Origin: Phoronis australis
Taxonomy: Eukaryota; Animalia; Phoronida
Length of the DNA stretch: 64,000 nucleotides
NCBI GenBank assembly: GCA_002633005.1
Contig: NMRA01000537.1
Location: 206,965 to 270,964 of the forward strand
Reading direction: 5' to 3'
Below the pieces are notes generated by a model that made no database searches, was not told the DNA's origin, and worked only from the letters and a program-made list of their open reading frames with translations. The translations under genes and the position numbers were made by a program. Each line of letters opens with the position of its first letter. Position 1 is the stretch's first letter. Below, piece after piece: positions 50,001 to 61,441 of the stretch.

Positions 50001-53000
50001 TAAAGGACCAGCTCGCTACTCACTCCATGACTCGCCCTTCAGGAAGATGAATCGTTCGTTCTCGTTATACAGCGTGTCTCCCTCACCATTTGGCTGCAGC
50101 ATGTAGCCAAAGAACACCGTGTTCACAACATGCATCTGGACTCCTGGTGGTAGAGAGACAAGTGATCTGTAAACGGAGCTTGTGACCGACAAGCGTTCTG
50201 AAAGTCTGCGGACACTTTCTTGAAAAATCAAACGTTTTTTCGCAACATTTGTACACTTGTCACTACCAGTGCTTAAGACTCCACGAGGGATAATAAGTAC
50301 TCCTCCAGGAAGTGACTTCATTTGTACATTTTAGCTCAAACTTAGTTGCCAATTTCAGTTGTCAGAGTCTAAATTACCTTAAGTCTTAAATTATCCATTC
50401 ATGTTAGCTGGCCATAGGTGTCATAATTAAATATGAGAAAATATGAAGCAATTGAAATAATAAGTTATAAAATCAACATCGATATATCATCAAATAGGTC
50501 AAGACAGGAAGTAACATGGAAAGAAATTTCAAGTAACAACAAATCACACAAGGTGGCGCTAGTTAAAGTGCATGAGCACTAATGAAACCACATATAATTT
50601 CAGGAAAGGTGTCCTTATTAAGAACTTATGGTGCTTTCCCATCAGGGGAAATTCGGTTTACCGAAGCTTCGCCGAAAATTTGCCTGTCTTTCCGACTAGA
50701 CAGCGATATCAAAGTTATCGCTACATGGTGATTCAGTCATTGGAGTAGACACCAGACAGCTCAGTTCATTCGTACTTTCACGAACATTGAGCGGTGGGTT
50801 CGAGGCTAACTGAAAATTGTTCTCCTGTCATTTATGAGTGTTTATGAAAATTATCAAATTCCTTCCTCCATCAGATATGCTTTCTTTTATTTATTTAAGT
50901 CCATCTATCGAGATCACGTGGTCTACGCTACAATAACAAAGAACATGTTCTGCGAGTCTCACGTGATCGTACATCATTGCCGCGAACTCTACCAATAGCT
51001 TCGACAAGCCTCGTTCTGATCGTTCCCACTACACCGAAGTTTCGGTGAGTAGCGAAGCTTCGCTTTTAAATTTTACTATTTTCAGCAAAGTTTTGCTTGC
51101 AGATTAGCTACCGAAGTTAACCTTTTCCACTTACCGAAACTTCGGGAAAAACGAAGTTCCGCCTTTAATGGGAAAGAGAGGAAGAGATTATGATATCAAA
51201 GTTGAATAGAACCGTTGACCTTTGAACCACTAACCCCTGAACAACTGACCTTTTAAATTTTTCTCGTATCACTTGACGACAGACCATCACATATAGTTGA
51301 TGGTACCATCGATGACAGAATGAAACTTGGACTCAAAAGCAAACAAGATTCAATCACTTCGGAACTAAAGAAATTCCATCAGACAAAACATAACTTGAAT
51401 TCTTTCTCACCAGCAAACTTTGCGTTCAACGCAAATACAATGATGTCATCGTACGGCCCGTCATATCCATCCCGAGGTAGAAACTGCAGCCGCAGCGAGT
51501 CATCGTGACGAAGGTCGATGAGAAACGTCGAGTGAACCATGGGAACCGGAAAACAGCCTTTCTTCTGTCGGTCGATGATAGGGAAGTAATCGGGGGTTCG
51601 CTGGTAGAAGCCTCTCTCCGACATTCCGCACCAGAAGTTGGAGTAGGCCGAGGTAGTGTTGAGCATGGGCGCCACGATAGTTCTACAGGGGAGTTAATGT
51701 GACACGTGACTAATAGCTCAGCAAATGTACTTTACTAGCTTGTTTTTTAATACAATGAGCATTGAGCAATCAACGACAAAAAGTCGAGAGTTTCCTTTTG
51801 CTCATATACCTCTAATGCCCCTGTAGAAAGAGTGACAGAATAGCTCTAGCCGAGATGTGTCTCAAAGCAGACAAGTTTTTAATTAATACTATTAGAACTT
51901 TACAAAACACAACACATTGTAAGTGGAAAGAAATAGAGAAAAAAAAAACAACCACCCGGTCACATCAAAATATAGTGCAATAAAAAAATAAATAATTACC
52001 AAATTAACTGAAGGCCCAAAGAGCGAAAATGGTACGCTGTCAACTTAGTAGACATTCAACTGATAATTCATGCAATTTATTTGTTTCCTGTCATAGCGAA
52101 AGAATTGAAGAACAAACACAAGATTGTAAAAATCACAAAATTAACGCTACCAGAGATTGAAAACGTAATTGTCTCCCCTAAATCTCTACATTAAAGTGCA
52201 AGAGCAAGCGGTTTTGATGTCAAAAACTCTTTTCTTCAAAGACAATGTCATCACATTTTTATGTTAAGTTTACAACCACTATCACATGACGCTGAGACTG
52301 CAAGACTACTTCAATAGCTACACTGCTTTACGACAGACAAAATGACAACCAACCATTGAGCCGAATGTCAACTACCAACCAGTGACCCCCACAACATAAA
52401 CTGGAATTACAAAATTCATGTAAGTGTTCAGAAGCCGATGTCGATACTGTGGGGAGTTTGTGTGTTAAGTCTTGGTATAAACGCATTGAACTGGAACCAG
52501 AAGTCCAAAATGTAATAATTTTCTTAAGAAATTACTAATCTTCCAATACTTGACCCAAGTAAGCCAAACTTGTCACGGCAAAATTAAAACTCAACGCAGT
52601 GACGAGTCAAAACAGGTTGTGGAGACCCCTGTCACAGACTAGTAAAGTGTTCCCAAGACTATAAAACCCAGTCGGAATCAGGAACAAGTTGAGACCAATT
52701 TTAAAACAGTGTGTAGTCTAATTAACTAGCAATTTAGAAGTTCTAATTTTGATGATAAAGACAGGTGCATTGGGACTTGGATCATTCTGCAACGGTATTA
52801 ATTACTTTTCGGTGAACCCAACCGTGACGAGTTGTTATACAGCAGGACACGAGATGGTTTTAGGAATGAAACATATATTGGGGTTATTGTCCAGAGCTAT
52901 AAAACAGCAAAATTTGATGTTTTTTTGTCATTTCATTACAAAACAGCAGTTCGCGATGTTGTTTTTCAGTCCTAAGAAAGAATGGAATGAAATCGAGGTT

Positions 53001-56000
53001 GGTGACGACACTTAAAATACATGGCTACTTGCCACATTAGCTTTTAGTGTATTAATGAAGCCACAAGCTGACTCTGACCTATATGATCCCAGATCTGTCT
53101 TGGAGCTGACCTCAAATCACAACATTATCGTCCACAGCGTCACTTAAAACCTGAATTGCTGGCGTGACATTTACAAGACACCTTTGATATGGTGCAAAAT
53201 AACATGATGCAATCTGGCTAGGTGCAAATACCCGTGAAAAACAGAATTTGACCCAGCAGCAGTTTCAAGGATACATGCAAGATACACCTGATCATCTTGC
53301 GTTACGTCAAACGCCTATGTAGTCTAAATGCTAAGTGGTGTTAAAGGGAGACTGCTTTCACATTCGGATCAACTGTGACATTCCTCGTCACAATTGTTGA
53401 AAAGTTCACGTAAACTGGAACTGATCTAGACCTGGTGCAAGACTGTCGCGTAGGGTATCAATTAGCACCATGTCAAGGTTACCGTCTGAACAGAGCATAA
53501 CACTGAAATGTGCAAACTAATTAGAAATGGTGGGAAAAAGGTAACAAGAGGATAATGAAGAAATCTCACAGCTGCCTAATGTAGAGCAAGTTTATTGCTT
53601 TGCGCAAAAAGTGAGATTACACGAGATAACACCATGCATGACAACTGAAGCACGTGATTACATTAGGTTTACTAGCAAGTGTCCGAAGAATAACAGAATA
53701 ACAGAAACACAGAAATGTTTAAAAGCAGGGCTGGGAGAAATTTAAGAGAAAAGATAAATGTTAATGCTGGCTACTGACAGTTAAGGTTACTGTGAACGCT
53801 GGTTGGCTATGGCAACAGTCGTCATCACGACGGACCGCAGAGGTCGGTGCGATATTTAGTGTTGCCGTGAGAGTAACAACTCGTTCTAACCAGCAGACGA
53901 CAGAGAAGGCAGGTCACAGTATTTTCATAACTCGCATAGAAATGAGGGATCATTAATTAAATCCCCATATTGTGCATATACAGTTGTACTAAATGCAAGT
54001 AGAGAGAAAGGTAAAAATACCTAACAGAAACCTCACACCTTTACACAAACATATGGAAAAAATTCTCCAATTTGGGACAGTCTCTAAAATTTGGAACACT
54101 GAAAACATTCAATTTTCATGATTCTAAAGATTGGGACATGGCTATTTTAGGCGTTCATTACATTTCTCCAATATTTTAGCAACAAAGTCAATCAGATGAA
54201 ACCGTAGAAAATAGCTGCCAGTGCAAAATTTGTCTTTCTCACAATTCTTGAATTTGGGACGGCCAATATTCCCTATTTCCAAATTTTGGTATGAGCTCTG
54301 ACCATGAGCAAAATAATTAATTTTGTACCTTCCCAAACTGGACAATTTTTACCATAGTGAGTTAGGAGAGGTAAAGCAAATCACAAAGAACCTTTAACAC
54401 TGATTTTTAGTCTAAACTCTAAAATCGGGTTAAAATTCAAATAACCTTCTCAAAGATGATGACTCATTTTACTTACTTTTTAAGGGCCATTAAAAGTTGG
54501 AGTGTCTTTTGATTGAGCAAGAAATTGTCAACGTCTGTGTACTGAAACAACAACATACGATTGATGGTAGGGTACGCACCCGACAAAAGCAAATAACAAG
54601 ACAAATATCTGGTTTCGTCGGCCAATGTTTTGAGATTGGAAACCGCTGCTGCAAAAAACCTCATTATGGTACAATGCATAAAAGCGTCCATGACACCCCA
54701 ACCAAATACAACTGCTGTTACCCTTGTAGATCAAATATATATACACTACTTGTATGTGTGTGTGTGTGTGCGTGTGCGTGTGCATGTCGAGTGCGTGTGC
54801 GTGAGTGCAGAACTATGTGTATTTGTATGAGTATATATTTGAGGACCAATCAGTACTAACAAAAAAATAAAGTACAAGCAACTGGTAGAAACTGTGCAAT
54901 GATCGCACCTCTTAACGTCCAGACACAGTCCCGGACCAACAAACACCAGAAATGCCCAGACCCACCACCATCTTAACCCGCACATGCGCACGGGGAAAAG
55001 CCTTCCTACACGATTACCAAACTCCTGTCCAGGAACACGATTCCATGGCAGCGCATCTGAATTCCTGCAGCTGAGCACTGGAGTTTTTAACCAAGGTAAT
55101 GTGGTCAAGGAATTGTTTTCACCCCCTAAACAAAACGTTTTGCAGAAGAATGAGGTGAATTTTACTTTTAAATTAAAAACATTTTCTCCATGTCAGTAAA
55201 CAGACAATGGACAGTCTGGGCAGTACAACCATAAAAAAATACAAGACAAAAATTCTCATTACAACTCACGAGTATGTAGTCGGCCCAAACATCCCTGGCA
55301 TACTCAAGCGCTTGTTGCCTCAGCGACAACACATGGCCGATTCTTGAGTCACTCCATTCCACAATACTAGTTTCATCTTCATAACCAAACTCTAAAAGTA
55401 TACAAGAGTTGCTCATTGAACAACACTTGCAAGAGTTAAAATAAATTTTCTAAATATTGAACAAAAAACTAATTTGTAGCAACCTCTTACAATCTACAAT
55501 CATTCTAAAAAACAGACGATAGCTCACAAAATTATCCAGGGCTTTGAATGACCAATGACAAAAAACGCGGAAACTTTGAAACTTTTACGGCCCAAATCAT
55601 GCCCGATAACCAGCCTTGAAATGGTCGATGTGAACCTTTCCCCGACAAAAATCGGGAGGACTAAAAAAAAAAAAACGTTACCACCATCAGTAGCATGAGT
55701 CTGCGTCCTTTTAACTCGCCCGTCCACTCCCAACCCACACATTTTTGGCTGCAGAGCGGTAGTATTTGTCGCCGCGCTTAACAATAACACGAGACGCCAT
55801 TGAAAATCCCACCACGCTGTCCCAGATGCCCCGGCAATGTTGACAATTTACGTTCCTCCGAAACATAAAGAGCAGCTTCCGCTTTTCGAGGTGAACATCG
55901 TCTGCAACGCCGCGGTAAGAAAGGAATTTGCTGTGGAAATTTTATATCAAATCCGATTTTTTTTACGCGGAAATATTATAAAAAAAGCAGAAAGCACAGT

Positions 56001-56479
56001 TGAAAAAAGCGGAAATCCGCGTTTCCGCGGAAAATTCCAAGCCCTGATTATCATCAAACGTTTGGGGAAAGAAAGATGGAGGGCATGGAATAAACAAAAA
56101 ATGGCAAACAATTTACAGAAAAAAGAAACAAAAAGACTTACTGACAGCAGACAAATAATAACCATATATCAAAAAAGCTTACCAAGAAATATTGCAGAGA
56201 AACGAATCAGTCGACATTTTTCAAATATCTGAAACACCAACTTTTGTAAAAAAATGTACTTAAAGTTGAATCAAAAGATAAAACATCAAAATGTCAAACA
56301 TGATAAGCGTACAACCTACGTTACCTTCAGGAGGGTCAGATGAATTATAAAGGTTCCAGTCCCGAGTTGAGTATTCATCGTCTGCTACAAAGTCGATGTT
56401 GTGGTAGCGCTCTCTAGTGTGCGTCAGCCACTCATGAATTATGCTGGTTGTGTTATCCGCATTGTGATCGCTTCGTATC
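43818..56479 (-). CDS. COLGALT1: Procollagen galactosyltransferase (glycosyltransferase family 25), gene span; 12 exons found, first exon missing
   Basis: Motifs SDHNADNT, DVD, YSNFWCGM, GCFPVPMVHSTFLIDLR, DDIIVFA, MINLVRRPERR, GEIGCFLSH, FEDD, YSYWTLSY, PVDEYLP, PTHYTGE and C-terminal HDEL; phases consistent. Confidence 0.95.
44334..44537 (-). CDS. COLGALT1: COLGALT exon
   Basis: YVGRKRL...YSYWTLSYMLSIKGAKKLL...PVDEYLPIMFNRHP. Confidence 0.95.
45459..45586 (-). CDS. COLGALT1: COLGALT exon
   Basis: IVKNGYQRALLFEDDVRFEAFFRRKIQRILNQLKESETIWDLV. Confidence 0.93.
45988..46048 (-). CDS. COLGALT1: COLGALT exon
   Basis: RPMTMGEIGCFLSHYFIWED. Confidence 0.93.
46666..46740 (-). CDS. COLGALT1: COLGALT exon
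   Basis: KLNESYLEKLGVKQIPGFADPYDG. Confidence 0.9.
47009..47310. repeat. Two-copy ~163 bp tandem repeat with GAT/GAC trinucleotide tracts
   Basis: ACTTGGCGAAATTA at ~47010 and ~47173, each followed by a GAC/GAT run. Confidence 0.7.
47343..48196 (-). mobile_element. DINE-1/Helentron-like non-autonomous element
   Basis: Terminal hairpin TACTTGGCGAAAT-TT-ATTTCGCCAAGTA at ~48165-48192; internal repeated AAATAACTCGAAAA blocks. Family inferred from architecture. Confidence 0.5.
48749..48855 (-). CDS. COLGALT1: COLGALT exon (start of GT25 domain)
   Basis: VYMINLVRRPERRRLMLAMLQELGIDVKVFDAVDGK. Confidence 0.95.
49358..49440 (-). CDS. COLGALT1: COLGALT exon
   Basis: IGQGVPLLASPHVKVQYPMKDKMSFDQ; cf. 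PDKMGFDE. Confidence 0.88.
50024..50143 (-). CDS. COLGALT1: COLGALT exon
   Basis: GVQMHVVNTVFFGYMLQPNGEGDTLYNENERFIFLKGESW. Confidence 0.9.
50634..51176. mobile_element. MITE with imperfect ~40-bp TIRs
   Basis: CTTTCCCATCAGGGGAAATTCGG... and ...CGAAGTTCCGCCTTTAATGGGAAAG; repeated CCGAAG(C/T)TTCG motifs. Confidence 0.55.
51411..51682 (-). CDS. COLGALT1: COLGALT exon
   Basis: TIVAPMLNTTSAYSNFWCGMSERGFYQRT...GCFPVPMVHSTFLIDLR...DDIIVFALNAKFA. Confidence 0.96.
54477..54541 (-). CDS. COLGALT1: COLGALT exon
   Basis: YTDVDNFLLNQKTLQLLMALK (DxD motif). Confidence 0.92.
55270..55391 (-). CDS. COLGALT1: COLGALT exon
   Basis: FGYEDETSIVEWSDSRIGHVLSLRQQALEYARDVWADYIL. Confidence 0.93.
55537..56046. 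mobile_element. ~510 bp hAT-like MITE with 6-bp target duplication
   Basis: CAGGGCTTTGAA...TTCCAAGCCCTG; ATTATC at 55531-55536 and 56047-56052; inverted relative to the 20293 copy. Confidence 0.85.
56325..56479 (-). CDS. COLGALT1: COLGALT exon (5'-most found)
   Basis: IRSDHNADNTTSIIHEWLTHTRERYHNIDFVADDEYSTRDWNLYNSSDPPE; an in-frame alternative donor lies 9 nt further (56316). Confidence 0.9.
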
Positions 56480-58645
56480 CTGAAAATAATGGAGAATATT
56501 GAGCCCGAGTTTCCGAGGCATTTTTTTGCACCAAACTAATTTAGTGTTTCAAACATCATGATTAGCGTCCAGGGTCTGATTTTAGAACTCGAAATTGAAC
56601 TCAAGAATATTTTTTGTTATTTCCTTTCTATTTTATAAAAACACAACTATAATTCTCTTTATTAGTACCTTCTGGTTTTCACGGATGACTGTCTAATCCT
56701 AGTTTGCACTCGATAACCCCAGCACTTGCCAAAACCTATAAGTTCAAACCCAAACTAGAAATTTTGAGTTTTTATTCAAAATCCTGAGCATTTACTGGAG
56801 TTTGTAGCTTAATTCTTGGGGTCAACAAGACTAAACACTTCATCTGCGTAAACCATAATATTCTCAAGCATAGAATAACAGACATTTGTCTTTAGTTCGT
56901 ATTAAAGCAGAACAGAAAATTTAAAATATAATAAGTGGAATTTTGAGTACAAAGATTAGATGCCAGGCCCAGTTACATAGAACTTAAAAACTGGATAACT
57001 GTCATTGTTTCATGACGTCAAAGTGGTGCAAAATAGGGCAGTTCTGTTGCCATTGTTCAGCATGAACTTTTGAGGAACGGGCTCAGTGATATAATAACAA
57101 AATGTTGTCACTAGATGGCGATAAAGTATTTCCTGTGCAAACGTGCAATGCCACCTATAGTTTACATGCAACCTGGACGGATATTTTGAAGCAGTAGAAT
57201 TTCCCAACATGTCTTAAACTTTTAAAAGTGGGATATTCAAATTAAAAATATAAACAATCTCACATTGCTAAATGTCCGTGAACAAAACAACATTTTGTCT
57301 TAGTTTCTCCACCAGTTTTGACTACCAAGATTTGAAATTGGGTCAAACAGACCTGAAACTTGCGCTCACGTAACGTCTTAAGTTAAGTCAAATAGCACCT
57401 GCTGCAGTAATTACTTGTATGCCTTAATTAAAAAAGTATAAAAGACTCGCTAGCAAGTTATGTGCCTGAATGCTCTTACGAAAACGACAAAATCAAAGTT
57501 CCATTCTCATAGCATCATAAAAACACCTTCTCTAGGTAAAGTACATAGGCCTTCCCCGGCACTATGCACCCTTAATACAATGACAACGAAAATGACACCA
57601 AAACATAGAGCGAGACAAAGTAACAAATGAATGGTACACACGATACTTTAATTTCCGCTGTAACATAGTAACAACCCAAGTCCAGGACTGTGCCACTGAT
57701 TGCTTTCAAAACAAAAAAAATAATTGGACTTACCAGACAGTGTCAGAATGGTGCAAAATTCTATGGACCTGTTCGACCAGGATAAGTGAATTCAAATGTT
57801 GACCAAATATCCTCGCATGCCTCAAAAATCCAGAGATGTATTGTAGTACAAGAGTGAAACTGTACGCCACTTAAATCAATCATCGAAATCGAATGTACAA
57901 AAAACACAACATGTGGTTCGATACCCAGATGGGGTTCCTGATTTTTCTGTCTTTATTTGATGTGTTTAACTATTGGCCAACCTCAGCGTCTATATATTTT
58001 TCATAAAAATATGTAATGTTCGCTCTAGGTGAATTAGCAATCCATCAAAACAATTTTGAACAGAGTTCATAATGTGAATTTATAGAGATACATAGTTATC
58101 AGCTGAATCCTGAGGCATCCAAGCCACTTAAAGAATAGATGTATTTGAATGCTCCTACCAGTAACAATGCAATTTAATATAATCTACTCCAAACAAAGTG
58201 TAGTTATATTCACTGATAACTTGAAGATGCCAAAAAATTCTGCAAACAGGTGACCTTTGCACTAATGACATACCTCGCAGGCTCACCTAGCCCGCATCAG
58301 GCACTGTTATACCCCAGCACTACGTCACAATACTTACTGGACACGGTTCAGTGATTTGCAGTGGATGGTTTTTACCACAGAACTCATTCTTAAAAACATT
58401 TAGCAATTTTCAACCTACTTCATATTCACATCGTTGCTATATGTTGCGTTTCTAACTAATTTGACCTAGCAGACACAGAGATCATGAATTATCTTGCACT
58501 TTAAGGTAAGCACCCATTTTGCAGCTATTTAACCATTACGAACACTGCTAGACATACACCGTAAACCTTCGGGTTAGCACCCTGGGTGGTTAAACTGACA
58601 AACACAAAAAATCAGGATCATCACACACAGTCTAACTGTTGTGCA

Positions 58646-59004
58646 TGAACTTGGAATCTTGCTTAATCTCAAGATCGCGTACGCGTGAACTTGGAATACG
58701 TGAGGAAACTCAACAAGTTCACTCAAATAATGGCGTTCACGTTGATAAAAATTTGCACTACACCGTATCAAATTACATGTTAATAAAAAAACGTACGTTT
58801 TAAACAACCTTTTTTCAACTATTGGCAATCTTGATTTATACAATTCACATATACCTCCGATTCTTCAACACAAGTTACAGTAAAAGCCAGTAATTACAAA
58901 AATTCTTTGCACTGAACAAAAAATTTAACCTGTCTGCCCTAATGAATATTCAATTCCAAGTTCACATATATGCGATCTCGAGATTAAGCAGGATTCCCAG
59001 TTCA
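58646..59004. mobile_element. Second copy of the ~400 bp foldback MITE
   Basis: Same TIR and internal sequence as 35268-35668. Confidence 0.75.
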
Positions 59005-60502
59005 CGCATAGCATAACCGCAAGTTGCCTCAATGGTGTGAGCCCTTCTCAGCATAGACAGATCTGTTGGCTGAACACCAGACGTACACTCAGCTGTCATA
59101 AGACCTCCAGTGTCCTCCGCCACAACAGAAAATTCATATTCAATGGGAATCACAAAATTGATGAAAATGTATGATCGTCCGTTCACTGTGAGGGTTTGTA
59201 TGTAAACGTAACTGGTTTCATACATCCAAAAATTCGTCACTTTGGGACAATCTCAAAGATTTAAGACACCCACATCCAAGCAAAAATTGACCTATGTTCG
59301 TGATTCTAAAGATTAGGACATAGCACAATCTTTGAATTCATCATATTTTGGAAATATTAGACACTGCATTTTGTTTAAGACCAAAAACAGACTTGCCAGT
59401 TCATTTAATCATTGAAATTCACAAGTCCTCGTTATGTGTAACATCCACGTGAACGACCATTTATAGCAGAACAAAATTCGTGAATTTGGAACGTTCAATG
59501 TTGCCTATTTCTAAAAATTGGTACAAGCTCCAACCTTGAGCAAAATAATTAATTTTCACTGTTCCAAATTGCAGAGCATCACGGTAGATTGCTGAAACTC
59601 AAACTTGAACCGAATCCGTTGCGGTAAAATTCGTGCGCCAACCCAGTACTGTGACAGGAGAGCACAGTCCTTCACGCATGACACACTTGGAATACATGGC
59701 AAACCTGTCTCCTGTTTAGATGACATGTGAACGAGGTTAATCGTTTTTACAGAGCCTTACAGACAGATTAACTGGAATCAGATACAACGTGTGACCACAT
59801 TTTGAGAACCAGTTTGATGCTCATTATTCAGTGGAGAAAACTGGTTCTCAAAATGCAGGCACCTTATATCCAACCTTTACCCTAAAAACATGCAGCCAAT
59901 TTCCATAACCTTTCTACATAAGTTTGGGGAAATTACCATTTCCTCTGGATTTAGGGACGTGTCAAGATGATATAATAAATACAAAACAAACTTATTCACT
60001 TAATTTTTGGTTTTTGTTTTTAAGAACTGAATTGTGTATCTGTTAATAACAAAAACATGTAAAACGAAACAGGTGAATTCAAAAATTAAATATTTCATTT
60101 CAATTTTCATTTGGATTATACGACGGAGCTGCGGTGACTTGGCCAACATCTCAACACTCCAAAGTGATCAGAGACTTTGCAAAGTGTCGGCCATTGGACT
60201 GGGTCCAATTTGTTTTCAGAATGTCCAAATTATTTTACTTTAGTCCAGACATTTGCCCAATTGATTACTGAAAATAGTGTACGGTTGACAGAATTCTTTC
60301 CCTTTGGCCCTCATCTTTGTCCCGAACTTGGTAATTCAAGACAAATACCACTCTGTTTGGAAGTTGTTCGTCTTCTCTATCGTCCCCCCCCCCTGAGAGA
60401 TTTTGACATTTCAGGACAGACATCCTTGACCTAGCAAAAATAGCAAAATCTCTGAAGTGAGTCCAAGCTCTACACTTGTTCAGTGGTTACAAAACCACCT
60501 GT

Positions 60503-61441
60503 TTAAGCCTACACCTAGCATCTACGTCTCAAACTTCAAACACAAGCAGTACCTAATCAGCTGGTTCTCAAATGATAAAAGGACACTCCAGCTGGTTCTC
60601 AAATGATGAAAGGTCACACTATGGCAATAAACCAGAACAGAACAATTGATATGAGGGTCTCTGTTGATGTACAGTCTGTTCCACTTACAGATTTAGTGAT
60701 GTTGGTAGATTTGGTAAAAATTCTCCAGTTTGGAAGTGAGAGATCAAAGTAGTACTTCAGTGGTGGATCTACGTTTTCAGTAAAGGGGGGTTCAGGATTC
60801 CCGCAATGGTTGAATCCTACGCTTGGCGCCGAGCGGGGGGAGGTCGGGAGGTGGATTTCTGTCAGAGGTCACTGTTGAAGTAGTGCGGTAGGTGAATATG
60901 GAAAAACATTATTACCTGGCCGAATAACACTTGATTGATTCAATACCTATGGGATAAAGCCTATTCCTATTCTATGCTATCAGAAAAGNTAAGCCTACAC
61001 CTAGCATCTGCGTCTCAAACTTCAAACACAAGCAGTACCTAATCAGCTGGTTCTCAAATGATAAAAGGACACACTATGGCAATAAACCAGTACACAACAA
61101 TTGATATGAAGGTCTCTGGTGATGTACAGTCTGTTCCACTTACAGACTTAGTGATTTTGGTAGATTTGGTAAAAATTCTCCAGTTTGGAAGTGAGAAATC
61201 AAAGTAAAAGCTCAGTGACAGATCTACATTTTCAGTAAAGGGGGGTTTAGGATTCCGCAAAGGTTGAATCCTACGCTTGGCGCCGAGCGGGGGGAGGTCG
61301 GGAGGTGGATTTCTGTCAGAGGTCACTGTTGAAGTAGTGCGGTAGGTGAATATGGAAAACATTATTACCTGGCCGAATAACACTTGATTGATTCAATACC
61401 TATGGGATAAAGCCTATTCCTATTCTATGCTATCAGAAAAG
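60503..61441. repeat. ~0.47 kb direct duplication joined at N 60989
   Basis: 60503-60988 vs 60990-61441 with substitutions and a ~30-bp indel; probable haplotype artefact. Confidence 0.88.

Noticed and set aside
57733-57840. Candidate COLGALT first exon ending TG|gtaagt on the minus strand
   Set aside because: Phase fits but the translation (...LILVEQVHRILHHSDTVW) lacks the expected RN...LP...L.YP motif and signal peptide; the true exon is probably beyond 64000.
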